Shown here one piece after another: positions 28,768 through 38,941 of a stretch of 64,000 nucleotides of DNA. Origin of the DNA: Alphaproteobacteria bacterium. Lineage in GTDB: Bacteria; Pseudomonadota; Alphaproteobacteria; Rs-D84. A program made the translations under genes and the position numbers. Position 1 is the stretch's first letter; every line of letters begins with the position of its first letter. Where the stretch lies: positions 4,249 to 68,248 of the forward strand of contig JAFYXG010000012.1 of assembly GCA_017546265.1 (NCBI GenBank), read 5' to 3'. A model generated the notes under the pieces. That model searched no databases. It was not told the origin of the DNA and worked only from the letters and a program-made list of their open reading frames with translations.

Positions 28768-30687
28768 ATGCGGGATTGGTTGGATAATCAGTATCAAAAT
28801 TTGTTCCTGTACGTGCCATTCTTGCTGGCAGGTGGAGTTGCTGCATACTTTGCCATAAACACAGAACCGAATTTCATTCTGATGACTATAATCATGACAA
28901 CAGCAATTGCCGCCGTGCTGTACAGGTGGACACCAATTATTTGCAGGGCAATTCTTATCCCCATTATCGGGTTCTGTTGGGCGGGTGTCTTTACAGGAAT
29001 AATTGACACACCACAGATGAAAAGAAATATCTTTGACGTCAATCTGGTCGGAACCGTACAAAACATAGACCACACATATGATAAATCCAGAATATACATA
29101 AAACTGAATGCCGATGATATCAACGCAGACAGCGGAACAGCAATTATTCGCGTTTCCGTCAAAGATAACCTTTCCATGCCAAAAATCGGTGATGTCGTCA
29201 GGATAAACGGCGGACTGTTCAAACCAGCCAGGGCATACGCACCAGAGACGTTTGACTATGCACGATGGGCGTACTTTAACGGGATTACAGCCACAGGTTA
29301 TGCAAATGATTTAACAATACTGGAACATGCAGGGGACGGTAATATAAATTCACTGCGACAATTCCTGCATGATAAATCTGATTCGTTTCTGGCGGATACA
29401 CTGGTACTGGGGTATAAGTCCAGTATCCCAAAGACAGACAATGAAATCTGGACCGCCAGTGGTATCGGACATGTGTGGTCAATCAGTGGTTTTCACATGA
29501 CACTGGTCGGCGGGTGGCTGTTCGCGATATTTTATCTGATTTTCCGGTCAATACCGTATGTCGTTCGCAGAATACCCGCAAAAATCCCGGCAATGGGGTG
29601 TGCATGGATGGGACTGATGTTCTATTTATTTCTGTCGGGCGTGGATGTCGCAACCGTTCGTGCGTTCATCATGACCAGTTTAATCTTTCTGGCGTTTATG
29701 GTCGGACGAAGTGCAATTTCGCTGCGGAACATAGCGATTGCGTTTGTTATTATATTTGCTATAAACCCACACTATGTTATGCAGGCGGGATTTCAATTGT
29801 CTTTTGCCGCGGTGTTCGGATTGGTTTGGCTGTACAGTGTGGTAAAACCAAAAATGCCACAGAATAAGTTGGCTAAAATTATTTACGCATGTGTCTTGAC
29901 GTCAATTGTCGCAACTATATTTACTTTGCCATTTGTCGCAATGCATTTTGGAAAAATTCAAATTTATGGACTGATTGGGAATCTGATTTTGTTGCCTGTG
30001 TTCTCGTTCATTATTATGCCATTGGTTATGGTTGGTGTGGCTGCGGCAGTGGTCGGAATACACACGCCACTGATTTGGGCAGACAATGTATATAATCACG
30101 CACTGGGGATTGCAAAATATATCGCAGATTTGCCATATGCTAATATCTCTGTGCCACATATACCAAACATCGCCATCGGATTCATAATAGTTGGATTTAT
30201 GTGCCTGGTACTGGTGCGGACAATTAAACTAAAAATAAATGTTATTTTGTGTGTGGCATCTGTGACAGTTGGAACAGTTATTATTTATACAAATCCAAAA
30301 CCAATATTCTTGGCAACGTATGATAATGAACTGGTCGCATTTTTGGGTGATGATGGATTGCTGAGTTTTAATAAATCACGAGCTTCAAATCATTACTTTG
30401 CGTTTGATACATGGAAACAACTGGTCGGGCAAAACACAAACACACCAAACAAACGCAGAAAACACGAAAATGGACTGTATAAATACGGCGATATTGTTTA
30501 TGTACAAAAGTTTATGCCACTGATGAAGAATATAAATCAGTTGTGCAATGACGACAGTGTCAGGTATATCGTGTCTTACTTTCACATAAAATCAGATTAT
30601 TGTCAGCACAAAATTCTGGACGGTGGTTTTGTAATCTATCCAGACGGTCGTGTACGATATACACAATCAAACCGGAGGTGGCAATAA
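28768..30687 (+). CDS. comEC: ComEC/Rec2 competence DNA-uptake channel
   Basis: DUF4131/OB region (FDYARWAYF), GHVWSISGFH, GFQLSF, many TM helices; no obvious metallo-beta-lactamase domain; start moved to ATG 28768. Confidence 0.9.
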   Translation: MRDWLDNQYQNLFLYVPFLLAGGVAAYFAINTEPNFILMTIIMTTAIAAVLYRWTPIICRAILIPIIGFCWAGVFTGIIDTPQMKRNIFDVNLVGTVQNIDHTYDKSRIYIKLNADDINADSGTAIIRVSVKDNLSMPKIGDVVRINGGLFKPARAYAPETFDYARWAYFNGITATGYANDLTILEHAGDGNINSLRQFLHDKSDSFLADTLVLGYKSSIPKTDNEIWTASGIGHVWSISGFHMTLVGGWLFAIFYLIFRSIPYVVRRIPAKIPAMGCAWMGLMFYLFLSGVDVATVRAFIMTSLIFLAFMVGRSAISLRNIAIAFVIIFAINPHYVMQAGFQLSFAAVFGLVWLYSVVKPKMPQNKLAKIIYACVLTSIVATIFTLPFVAMHFGKIQIYGLIGNLILLPVFSFIIMPLVMVGVAAAVVGIHTPLIWADNVYNHALGIAKYIADLPYANISVPHIPNIAIGFIIVGFMCLVLVRTIKLKINVILCVASVTVGTVIIYTNPKPIFLATYDNELVAFLGDDGLLSFNKSRASNHYFAFDTWKQLVGQNTNTPNKRRKHENGLYKYGDIVYVQKFMPLMKNINQLCNDDSVRYIVSYFHIKSDYCQHKILDGGFVIYPDGRVRYTQSNRRWQ

Positions 30688-30750
30688 ACGCTGGTAAAAA
30701 CATAATTATTGTGTTATACTTTGGTTGATTTGATTGTTGGAGATGGAGTT

Positions 30751-31692
30751 ATGCGATTTTCTTTGATTATTCCAATTGCATTGTATGTTAGTACCGCAGG
30801 TGCCGCTGGTAATTTAGTGAACGCAATGGAAAATGTCCGTTTTGCGTGTAAAAATATCAGTGCAGAATTAAATGATATGAAAAATATGGCGGGCATAGGA
30901 ACCGCCGTCTCGGCCGCAGGTACCGTTGCGGGCGGTGTTGCCCTGGGGACCGGTATCGCCAAGGTGGGTGTGGATAAAGATATTCAGGACATGGAAAAAC
31001 AATTGGAAAAACTGTTGAATTCTGACAAATCCAGAAAACTGCAACCAATTATCATCACAGACATGGCAAAACTGAAACACGATTTGGATACATATCAAAA
31101 ATCGGGACATTATGAAACCAAAGAAGATATCGAACAACAATTATCCCAGGCAGAACAAAAATCAAAGTCTTTGGGCAACTGGCGGACAGGCATGTTGGCA
31201 ACCTCGACTGCAACTAATATAGCAGGTGCACTTATTGCAGGTAATAACAAGGTCAAAGGCGATTTAAAAACCCAAATCACCAGATGTTTGGCCGCGGTCA
31301 AAGTATTGTCAGATGTACGAATGCAGGCCAGGTTGTCACAAGATACAACAGATACAGAACTGGTGCGTGCACAGAATATCATTCGTGCCTGTAACGAATG
31401 GTCAACGGTTGATATTGACAACATAAACAAAAAAGCAACAAACACAACCATGTCCAACAGTGTTGGTGCAGGACTTGGGCTGGCGGGAACTGTGACATCT
31501 GCATTTGCCAACTCTGCCCCGGTACGTACAGGTGATAATCAAAAAGAAAAAAATCTGAATACAGCCGCCAATGTGCTGGCAGGTGGAACCACTGTGGCAG
31601 CGGGTCTGGCAACCGTGTTAAATGCGACACAAATTGGTGCGATTAAGCGTGCTGTGGCTGTTGCAGCCGAATGTGAGGAGGCACTAAAATAA
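30751..31692 (+). CDS. Secreted coiled-coil protein with four Gly/Ala-rich hydrophobic segments, function unknown
   Basis: Signal peptide MRFSLIIPIALYVSTAGA behind SD GGAG; two-fold internal repeat with paired Cys. Confidence 0.8.
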   Translation: MRFSLIIPIALYVSTAGAAGNLVNAMENVRFACKNISAELNDMKNMAGIGTAVSAAGTVAGGVALGTGIAKVGVDKDIQDMEKQLEKLLNSDKSRKLQPIIITDMAKLKHDLDTYQKSGHYETKEDIEQQLSQAEQKSKSLGNWRTGMLATSTATNIAGALIAGNNKVKGDLKTQITRCLAAVKVLSDVRMQARLSQDTTDTELVRAQNIIRACNEWSTVDIDNINKKATNTTMSNSVGAGLGLAGTVTSAFANSAPVRTGDNQKEKNLNTAANVLAGGTTVAAGLATVLNATQIGAIKRAVAVAAECEEALK

Positions 31693-31693
31693 T

Positions 31694-32674
31694 ATGAAAC
31701 TTGGTTTATCCGTTATGGCCATTACGCTGCTTGGTCTTGGTGTTGCGGCTGCAGACAGTGTTGATTTTGCAAATACTCGTGTCGAGTTTAGTGTACAAGC
31801 TGTGTACGACACAGTATTAGAACTTCACAAAGATTTACCAGGAAACACAGGGATTAAGGTGGCTTATAATATCCTGACCTCTGTGTTGGGGGCAGATTTA
31901 GAAAAAGAACGAACAACGACATTCAAAGAATTGTGCGATGCCTATGTAGCGGCTGCGACAAAACAGGGAGTGTCTCCGGTGGCATGCTCGGACTTTGTAG
32001 AAAAGACGATACAAAAGCACAATACTATTATTGACAACATTGTCGGAAATGAACAATTGGCGACCATATCGGCAAACAATCGTTCTGTGCGTGTTGCATG
32101 GCATCCCGATGCACTGAACATAGCATGCTGGTCCTTGGCAGAATTTAATATTATACCATCACGAAACTGCGGTTCGTACGCAAAATCAGTCGGAACGATT
32201 CCGCCTGTTTCTATAGACGAAATAAAAGATGACTGTGTAAAGAAGATATCTGATGAAAATGCCTGTGAAAGATTTGTGCAACGCTCTGTGTTATTGCATA
32301 ACTATTATGTAAAACGCCGAAACAATAACATCACATCTACGGTTCCTGTCCCCCCTTTGTCAACAGCAGACAATAACTTTGTTGTACGACCATACAACTA
32401 TTTCGAGGAAACACAAAAAATAAACGGACCTTTCCGTTTTTGTCAGATGCCGTATACCACAACATCGGAACAAAATGCGGTTATCTATGATGTTTCTGAC
32501 TCATCCATTGAACCGCAACCGATTGGTTTGATGTATATAAATTATTCTGATGGTAATTACTATGGAGACACACGTCTGACGGGTTGCCTGAGAAAACCAT
32601 ACAATTCTGAGCACGCTTTTTTTATAGAATGCCATGACGGTTTTTCCGATTGTAATATATTGCATACAAAATAA
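31694..32674 (+). CDS. Hypothetical secreted Cys-containing protein (326 aa)
   Basis: Signal peptide; internal repeat ACSDFVEKTIQKHN / ACERFVQRSVLLHN. Confidence 0.75.
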   Translation: MKLGLSVMAITLLGLGVAAADSVDFANTRVEFSVQAVYDTVLELHKDLPGNTGIKVAYNILTSVLGADLEKERTTTFKELCDAYVAAATKQGVSPVACSDFVEKTIQKHNTIIDNIVGNEQLATISANNRSVRVAWHPDALNIACWSLAEFNIIPSRNCGSYAKSVGTIPPVSIDEIKDDCVKKISDENACERFVQRSVLLHNYYVKRRNNNITSTVPVPPLSTADNNFVVRPYNYFEETQKINGPFRFCQMPYTTTSEQNAVIYDVSDSSIEPQPIGLMYINYSDGNYYGDTRLTGCLRKPYNSEHAFFIECHDGFSDCNILHTK

Positions 32675-32701
32675 AAAATCCCCGTTTTGGGGATTTTTTT
32701 T
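32673..32701. terminator. Bidirectional intrinsic terminator
   Basis: AAAAAATCCCC-GTTTT-GGGGATTTTTTT. Confidence 0.85.
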
Positions 32702-33431
32702 AATAATCTGCACGGACAAAATACAGCCCGCACGCAGGGGCGGTCGGCCCCGCCGCAGAACGATTCCGGGCCGCCAGTATAGCTGTTATGTCATACGGTT
32801 TGCCCAAACCTATTTCCGTCAGAGTGCCAACTATGTTCCGTACCATGTGATGCAAAAATGAACGAGCAGAAAATTCTAATATAATTTCATCGCCACTTTG
32901 TGTAATTTCAATGCGGTCCAGTGTTTTTATCGGAGATTTTGCCTGGCACTCGGACGCACGAAAACTGGTAAAATCATGATTCCCAACCAACAAAGTCGCC
33001 GCACACCGCATCGCGTCAACGTCCAATTTACGTGGAACCCAATATACACGATTTTTTTGTAGTACTGGTGATGCACTGCGATTTAAAATGACGTATTTAT
33101 AATGACGGGCCACACAATCAAACCGGGCATTAAAATCGTCAGGTACAATTTCACAATCCAATACAGAAACAGGTTGGTTTACCAAATAAAAATTTAATGC
33201 ACGCATTACCGTCTGAGCCGAATAGTCACCGGGCACGTCAAAATGTGCAACCATACCCAGCCCGTGCACCCCTGCATCTGTGCGGCCCGCACCAACAACA
33301 TCGGGACGAGTTCCGCAAAATTGCTCAATCGCATCTTTGACAACAGACTGGACAGATGGCCCCTGGCGATTTTCCTGCCAGCCAATCAGATTCGTGCCGT
33401 CATATTCAAGAATTACTTTGTATCGTGTCAT
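32700..33431 (-). CDS. truA: tRNA pseudouridine(38-40) synthase
   Basis: YDGT..GWQ, GRTDAGVH, HDFTSF, SFLHHMVR. Confidence 0.96.
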   Translation of the reverse strand: MTRYKVILEYDGTNLIGWQENRQGPSVQSVVKDAIEQFCGTRPDVVGAGRTDAGVHGLGMVAHFDVPGDYSAQTVMRALNFYLVNQPVSVLDCEIVPDDFNARFDCVARHYKYVILNRSASPVLQKNRVYWVPRKLDVDAMRCAATLLVGNHDFTSFRASECQAKSPIKTLDRIEITQSGDEIILEFSARSFLHHMVRNIVGTLTEIGLGKPYDITAILAARNRSAAGPTAPACGLYFVRADY

Positions 33432-34238
33432 TTATTCACCATATCTGATGTCGGCACCGTGCAGACCGTTTAGGAAACTTTTCCAGTCCATGGCGTTCTT
33501 GCCCGCGGGCTGAATACGCACGATTTTTAATTCACCGTTTTCAATTCTGGTTTCCAGAATCTTGACGTCAATGCCGTTGATTTTTGTGCGTCCACACCCC
33601 AATGCACGAATCTGGTTATGAATCCGATGTGCCGAACATGACCAATCTATGATTTCGTCAGAACCGGTCCATTTACGGGTAAATGTCGGTTCACCAATTT
33701 GCGGGGTGGCGGGATATGCACATGGATTATCCAAAAACCGAACCAGCATATCTGCACCAATTTCCGACACCAATCCTTCTACCGTTTCATTTGTATCGTT
33801 TTCAGCAATTTCAAATTCACGACACATGCGAATATCACCTGCGTCCAGTTGTTCAGTTATCTGCATCAAACATACTGCAGATGTTTTATCCCCATTATAA
33901 ATAGCAGTACGAATCGGGGACGGACCACGATATTTTGGCAATAAACTGGGGTGAATATTTACACATGGTGCAGACGATAAAACATTATCACGCAATATCA
34001 CACCATACGAAATCACAACAACCATATCAGGCGAATAACTGTATTCTTTTATGTCGGTATGTACCGTCAGACCTTTTTCATCCGCCCAGGTGTGTACCGG
34101 CGATGGAGTCAGAACACGTTTGCGACCAACCGGCTTTGGTGCACGCGTAAAGACAGCCATAATTTCATGACCAGATTTTCTTATCGCTTCGAAAATTGGC
34201 ACAACAAACGAGTTGGTGCCCATTAAAACCAGTTTCAT
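33432..34238 (-). CDS. fmt: Methionyl-tRNA formyltransferase (short)
   Basis: LMGT, NIHPSLLPKYRG, LDAGDI; def-fmt-truA order. Confidence 0.93.
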   Translation of the reverse strand: MKLVLMGTNSFVVPIFEAIRKSGHEIMAVFTRAPKPVGRKRVLTPSPVHTWADEKGLTVHTDIKEYSYSPDMVVVISYGVILRDNVLSSAPCVNIHPSLLPKYRGPSPIRTAIYNGDKTSAVCLMQITEQLDAGDIRMCREFEIAENDTNETVEGLVSEIGADMLVRFLDNPCAYPATPQIGEPTFTRKWTGSDEIIDWSCSAHRIHNQIRALGCGRTKINGIDVKILETRIENGELKIVRIQPAGKNAMDWKSFLNGLHGADIRYGE

Positions 34239-34738
34239 TTTTTTAACTTCTTTACCTTACGCATTAACATTTCACGGCGAACCGGAGATAAATAGTCTAT
34301 GAACAGTTTACCATCCAGGTGGTCTGTTTCATGCTGGACAATGCGGGCGGGCAACCCCGACATTTCAGCCATCTTATCCACGCCAGTTTCATCAGTCCAA
34401 CGGACAATAACACTGGATGGACGCGTCACATTCGCAAATACAGGCAGACCGTCATTGCCCAAAACAGACAGACAGCCCTCCTCCATAGTGCAGGTTTCGT
34501 TGCCATATGATACTATTTCAGGGTTTACCATGCGATATACAGTTTCTGTATCCGGATCCATCATTACCAAAAAACGCGACAATGAACCAATCTGGGGGGC
34601 CGCCAGACCAACACCACGCTGGTCATGCATCATGGAAACCATTTCGTCCATGGTTGACAACAGTTCCGGTGTAATGTCAGATACCGGTTCACATTTCGTT
34701 CGCAAAACCAAATCGCCACAAAGTTTCATTTGCAACAT
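34235..34738 (-). CDS. def: Peptide deformylase
   Basis: GVGLAAPQIG, EGCLS, QHETDHLDG. Confidence 0.97.
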   Translation of the reverse strand: MLQMKLCGDLVLRTKCEPVSDITPELLSTMDEMVSMMHDQRGVGLAAPQIGSLSRFLVMMDPDTETVYRMVNPEIVSYGNETCTMEEGCLSVLGNDGLPVFANVTRPSSVIVRWTDETGVDKMAEMSGLPARIVQHETDHLDGKLFIDYLSPVRREMLMRKVKKLKK

Positions 34739-34780
34739 ATATAAATCCTTTTATAATAAATCATAGCAAAGGATTAGGAA

Positions 34781-35656
34781 ATGACAACTTATATTTTTGT
34801 GCTGTTGGGGATTATTATTGTCTTGTTGGTTGCGTTGCTGATGCGGCGACCTGTTGTGGACCTTTCGCCACTGCGGGAAGATAATATCAGACTGCGTGAA
34901 AGACTAGCAGAACGACTGGGGGTGTTGGCACAAAATGCCGCAGAACTGAAAAATATCAGCGGCGATATCGCAAACTTTAAAAATATCCTGATGGGAAACA
35001 AACAGGCACGTGGACTGTTCGGAGAAAAACAACTGGAAGATATTGTCGCAAACGTTATGCCACCTGAAACATACGCGTTTCAGCATACACTGGCAACAAA
35101 CGTACGTCCAGATTGTATCATTCGACTGCCATACCCGCCAGGCGATATGGTTATCGACAGTAAATTCCCATTGGAATCATATAACCGATTGCAAGAAAAT
35201 CCAAATGACGGCATGGCAAAAAAACAATTCGAACTGGATGTCAGAAAACACATAGATGCAATCGCAGAAAAATATATAATACCAGGCATCACAGCAGAAT
35301 CTGCAATGATGTTTATAGCATCAGAATCTGTGTTCGAAACACTGCACAGATTGTTCCCAGACACTATTGACTGGGCCGCACGACAAAAAGTCTTTATCGT
35401 TTCACCGGCAACACTGTGGGCAACACTGAATACAATTCGTGCCGTTCTGAGTGATATCAAAATAAAAAATGTCGCAAAACAGATTAAATATGAACTGGAT
35501 TTACTGATGGGCGATTTAGGACGACTGGGCGACCGGGCAGATAACGTAGAAAAACACTTTGTTATGGCACAAAATGATATAAACCAATTGAAAATTTCCA
35601 TCGGGAAAATTGCACCTCGTGCAGAAAAAATTAAAAATATGGACTTTGGTGAATAA
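34781..35656 (+). CDS. rmuC: DNA recombination protein RmuC (short)
   Basis: N-terminal TM, RGLFGE.QL, RPDCIIRLP, IDSKFP, KYIIPG. Confidence 0.9.
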   Translation: MTTYIFVLLGIIIVLLVALLMRRPVVDLSPLREDNIRLRERLAERLGVLAQNAAELKNISGDIANFKNILMGNKQARGLFGEKQLEDIVANVMPPETYAFQHTLATNVRPDCIIRLPYPPGDMVIDSKFPLESYNRLQENPNDGMAKKQFELDVRKHIDAIAEKYIIPGITAESAMMFIASESVFETLHRLFPDTIDWAARQKVFIVSPATLWATLNTIRAVLSDIKIKNVAKQIKYELDLLMGDLGRLGDRADNVEKHFVMAQNDINQLKISIGKIAPRAEKIKNMDFGE

Positions 35657-35657
35657 T

Positions 35658-35684
35658 AAAAAAATCCCCAATTTGGGGATTTTT
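35658..35684. terminator. Bidirectional intrinsic terminator
   Basis: AAAAAAATCCCCA-ATT-TGGGGATTTTT. Confidence 0.85.
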
Positions 35685-35702
35685 ATTTTCGCACCATCGT
35701 TA

Positions 35703-36341
35703 TTATTTGTTTGGAATAATCTTGATTTCTGTGCGACGATTCTGGGCACGACCGTCAGCGGTGCTGTTAGACGCAATCGGATTTGATGACCCCAAACCCA
35801 AAACTTCGAATCGTGATGCCTTGACCCCCTGGCCCTGCAGGTATGACGCAACCGAATTCGCACGTTCACGCGATAATTGCAAATTGTATTCAGCAGAACC
35901 TGTACTGTCCGTGTTGCCAGATACCATAACCGTGGAATTGCTGTATTTATTCAAAACCTTGGCCACAGAATTTAATACAGGATAAAATGACGAGTTTATG
36001 TCCGCAGAATCTGTCTTGAATGTGATGTTGCCCGGCATAATTAAACGGATACTGTCTGCGTCTTCGATAACCTGGACACCCGTTGATACTAATTCAGCAC
36101 GTAATTCTGCCGCCTGGGCATCCAAATAATAACCAACACCACCACCAACAGCCGCACCAGCCAATCCCGCCACCAAGGCCGCTTCGCTGCTGCGAGTAGA
36201 ACCTATCAAAGCACCAGCCGTTGCACCAATCGCTGTTCCCCATGTCGATTTGGCAGTCTGGGACTGACCAGTATATGGGTTAACAGTTGTACAACCAGAA
36301 ACCAAAGCGGTTAAGGCAATTATCGATACGACTTTTTTCAT
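35703..36341 (-). CDS. OmpA-family lipoprotein, YiaD-like
   Basis: Lipobox VSGC, NPYTG, glycine zipper, GNTDSTG...LSRERA...NRRTEI; start moved to ATG 36341 (SD AAGGAG). Confidence 0.9.
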   Translation of the reverse strand: MKKVVSIIALTALVSGCTTVNPYTGQSQTAKSTWGTAIGATAGALIGSTRSSEAALVAGLAGAAVGGGVGYYLDAQAAELRAELVSTGVQVIEDADSIRLIMPGNITFKTDSADINSSFYPVLNSVAKVLNKYSNSTVMVSGNTDSTGSAEYNLQLSRERANSVASYLQGQGVKASRFEVLGLGSSNPIASNSTADGRAQNRRTEIKIIPNK

Positions 36342-36421
36342 ACTTTCTCCTTTGTTTTGTAATTCGCAAGTATGATAAAGCATAAAAAACAAAATTTCAA
36401 AAAATAAAAATCACATCCACG

Positions 36422-36446
36422 AAAAAAACCGCCATGCGGCGGCTTT
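36422..36446 (-). terminator. Intrinsic terminator after tRNA-Val
   Basis: Minus strand GCCGCC-GCAT-GGCGGT followed by a T-tract. Confidence 0.75.
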
Positions 36447-36453
36447 GTTATTC

Positions 36454-36530
36454 TGGTGGGTGTTGAGGGACTCAAACCCCCGACCCTCTCGGTGTAAACG
36501 AGATGCTCTAATCAACTGAGCTAAACACCC
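36454..36530 (-). tRNA. tRNA-Val(TAC), CCA encoded
   Basis: GGGTGTT-TA-GCTC-AGTTGATTA-GAGC-A-TCTCG-TTTACAC-CGAGA-GGGTC-GGGGG-TTTGAGT-CCCTC-AACACCC-A-CCA folds as a complete cloverleaf. Confidence 0.97.
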
Positions 36531-36575
36531 AAAGCCCGGTAATAATATAACATTTTTTTTCGTTTGTCCAGTATT

Positions 36576-37304
36576 TTATTTAATTTTTTTCCCGTCTGTT
36601 ATGGAAAACCGTTCGTCCCCAACCAACAATTCGCCATTTTCATATGTGGGAACCAATGCAGCCTCAACCACCGAACGCCATTTAACCGTGCCTGATGATA
36701 ATTCAATGGCGTATAACTTATCATCCGTGGATACTACAAATGCGTAATTGCCAGCAACCACAAATGGTAAACCAACACCAATATTTAAACACCATGTTTT
36801 CGCACCAGATGCAGCAGACAATTTACAAAACGCATCGCCCAGACCACCTGCATATACGTATTTGCCATGCGGAACAATCGGTGCAACAATATCAACCATG
36901 GTTGATCCGCCCGTCATCGCACTGGCCCGATATACGTCCGCAATCCAAACCAACTCGCGAGTGGTGGGGTTTATCTTGACCACCTCGCCCGTGGTAAGCC
37001 CAGCATAGATGTATTTGCCACTGCATATCGGACGTGGTGTGTTCGATACTGTATGCTTGGTCGGAAATCCTGAAAAAATTCGCCGTTCTCCATCCCAAAT
37101 GACATTAGACGCATCCTGGGTATAACGACAGTCCGAATTATTTATAATAACCGCGTCTGTTGGTATTTCTGTTATTTCTGTGTTCGACACAGATATTTCT
37201 GCCGTGTCAAATATCGGTGTGCGAACCCCTGGCAATATAGGATCGTGTTTATCACACGCAGATAACAACAATAACCCACAAATTATCCCCAGTACTTTAT
37301 ACAT
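36576..37304 (-). CDS. PQQ-like beta-propeller lipoprotein, short BamB-like
   Basis: Lipobox LLSAC, ILPGVR, propeller repeats (SGAKTW, SGTVKW); follows a YfgM-like gene as in the yfgM-bamB order. Confidence 0.7.
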   Translation of the reverse strand: MYKVLGIICGLLLLSACDKHDPILPGVRTPIFDTAEISVSNTEITEIPTDAVIINNSDCRYTQDASNVIWDGERRIFSGFPTKHTVSNTPRPICSGKYIYAGLTTGEVVKINPTTRELVWIADVYRASAMTGGSTMVDIVAPIVPHGKYVYAGGLGDAFCKLSAASGAKTWCLNIGVGLPFVVAGNYAFVVSTDDKLYAIELSSGTVKWRSVVEAALVPTYENGELLVGDERFSITDGKKIK

Positions 37305-37321
37305 ATTCCCCCCCATATGTT

Positions 37322-37972
37322 TTAACGCAACCCCTGGGCGGTGGCAGATATTACAGACGGCGCATCCGCATCATTTATAATTTTATCCAACCATTTATTT
37401 GCATTATCACGTTCACCCATTGACAGGTACTTTTGTGCAATGGTTATTGCCGCTGTATAGTAAAATGGTGATGATTTTGTATTCAAATCTGACAAATATT
37501 TTTCAACGTCCGCAGCCGACATTTCATCGCCACGCATACCTACTATGTGCAAACGTGCCAAATCACGAAAATCACGTGTATCACCATCGTTCGCCAACAT
37601 TTCCAATTTCGAAATATCACCGTCCAACAAATAGGCCTGGAATAATGCCAAGTCCGCAGTCGCACCAGATGTGTTGTTCGCCAATGCTGCCAATGCATTC
37701 GCGTCAACGTTCTCAACCGCAGTTTCATATGCCGCCGCAGTCGCTAATTTATTCTGATGGTATGTGCGAACACCAATCTGAAAACCAGTCGCAACTATTA
37801 AAATAACCAGCGCAGTCGCCATGATATGTTTTGAATATTTTTTAATAAACTGCATAGTTTTTTCATTATTCACCTCTTCCCAGACTTCGCGGTATAGTGC
37901 GTCTTCCATATGTTCCGCATGGGTTTTCTTAGATGTCTTGATGTTTTTATTTCTTTCCAGCATTGTTGCCAT
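37322..37972 (-). CDS. YfgM-like (DUF2659/TPR) membrane protein
   Basis: LYREVWEEV...FIKKY followed by a TM helix and a helical TPR-like domain. Confidence 0.7.
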   Translation of the reverse strand: MATMLERNKNIKTSKKTHAEHMEDALYREVWEEVNNEKTMQFIKKYSKHIMATALVILIVATGFQIGVRTYHQNKLATAAAYETAVENVDANALAALANNTSGATADLALFQAYLLDGDISKLEMLANDGDTRDFRDLARLHIVGMRGDEMSAADVEKYLSDLNTKSSPFYYTAAITIAQKYLSMGERDNANKWLDKIINDADAPSVISATAQGLR

Positions 37973-38025
37973 AATTTAATCTCCTGTGCTTGATAATTAT
38001 TTATTTATGGTATACTATAAAAGTT

Positions 38026-38940
38026 ATGAAAAAGGAAATCAAGGACGCTTTGCCAGTAAAACAAAATAACGATATTGTCGCTGCACGTGGGGTCAGCGAT
38101 GATAATTCACTGGCACAATACATTCAAAATATTCAGAAATTCCCAGTCCTGACCGCAGAACAGGAATATGAATACGCAACACAATGGGTAAAAAATCAAG
38201 ACAGTACAGCAGCCGAAAAACTGGTCGCAAGTCATCTGAGACTGGTCGTGTCAGTGGCATACGACTATAAAAACTATGGTATTCCGGTCGGTGAACTGAT
38301 TGCCAGTGGAAATATGGGACTGATGCAGGCGTTGCAAAAGTTTGACCCAGAAAAAGGATTCAGATTTTCTACGTATGCAATGTTTTGGATTAAGGCCGAA
38401 ATTTATGAAACTATTTTGAACAACTGGTCCATTGTCCGTATCGGTACGTCTGCAAATCAGAAAAAGGTCTTCTTTAACCTGGCAAGGGCAAAGCGAGCAC
38501 TGGGTATCATGGATAATAATTTGAGCGATGAACAAACAAAACAAATCGCAGAATATTTAGAAGTACCAGAAAAAGACGTCCAACGTATGGCAACACGCGT
38601 TGGGGCACGAGATGTTTCACTGAACGCACCTATGAATTCTGATGATGGGGCAACAGATATCCTGTCTAATATGACTGATGGTGGGGATACTATTGTCGAT
38701 ACACTGGAACAAATCGAATTTAGACAGCGAGGTATGGCTCTGCTGAAAAAACATCTGGAAAAAATGTCCGAACGTGACCGAGAAATTCTGACCGCACGCA
38801 GATTAAAGCAGCCGGTCGCAACACTGGAATCGCTGTCACAAAAATATGGAATTTCACGTGAACGCGTCAGACAAATCGAAGATCGGGCATATAATAAACT
38901 ACGTGATGCAATCCTGAAAGAAGCAGGGGAAAATAAATAA
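38026..38940 (+). CDS. rpoH: RNA polymerase sigma-32 factor
   Basis: SHLRLVV, FDPEKGFRFSTYA.FWIKA, RpoH box QKKVFFNL, ISRERVRQIE; start moved to ATG 38026. Confidence 0.93.
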   Translation: MKKEIKDALPVKQNNDIVAARGVSDDNSLAQYIQNIQKFPVLTAEQEYEYATQWVKNQDSTAAEKLVASHLRLVVSVAYDYKNYGIPVGELIASGNMGLMQALQKFDPEKGFRFSTYAMFWIKAEIYETILNNWSIVRIGTSANQKKVFFNLARAKRALGIMDNNLSDEQTKQIAEYLEVPEKDVQRMATRVGARDVSLNAPMNSDDGATDILSNMTDGGDTIVDTLEQIEFRQRGMALLKKHLEKMSERDREILTARRLKQPVATLESLSQKYGISRERVRQIEDRAYNKLRDAILKEAGENK

Positions 38941-38941
38941 G

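Noticed and set aside
36342-36575. Integrative element at tRNA-Val
   Set aside because: No integrase, and I noticed no duplicated tRNA 3' end; the flanks are core envelope genes
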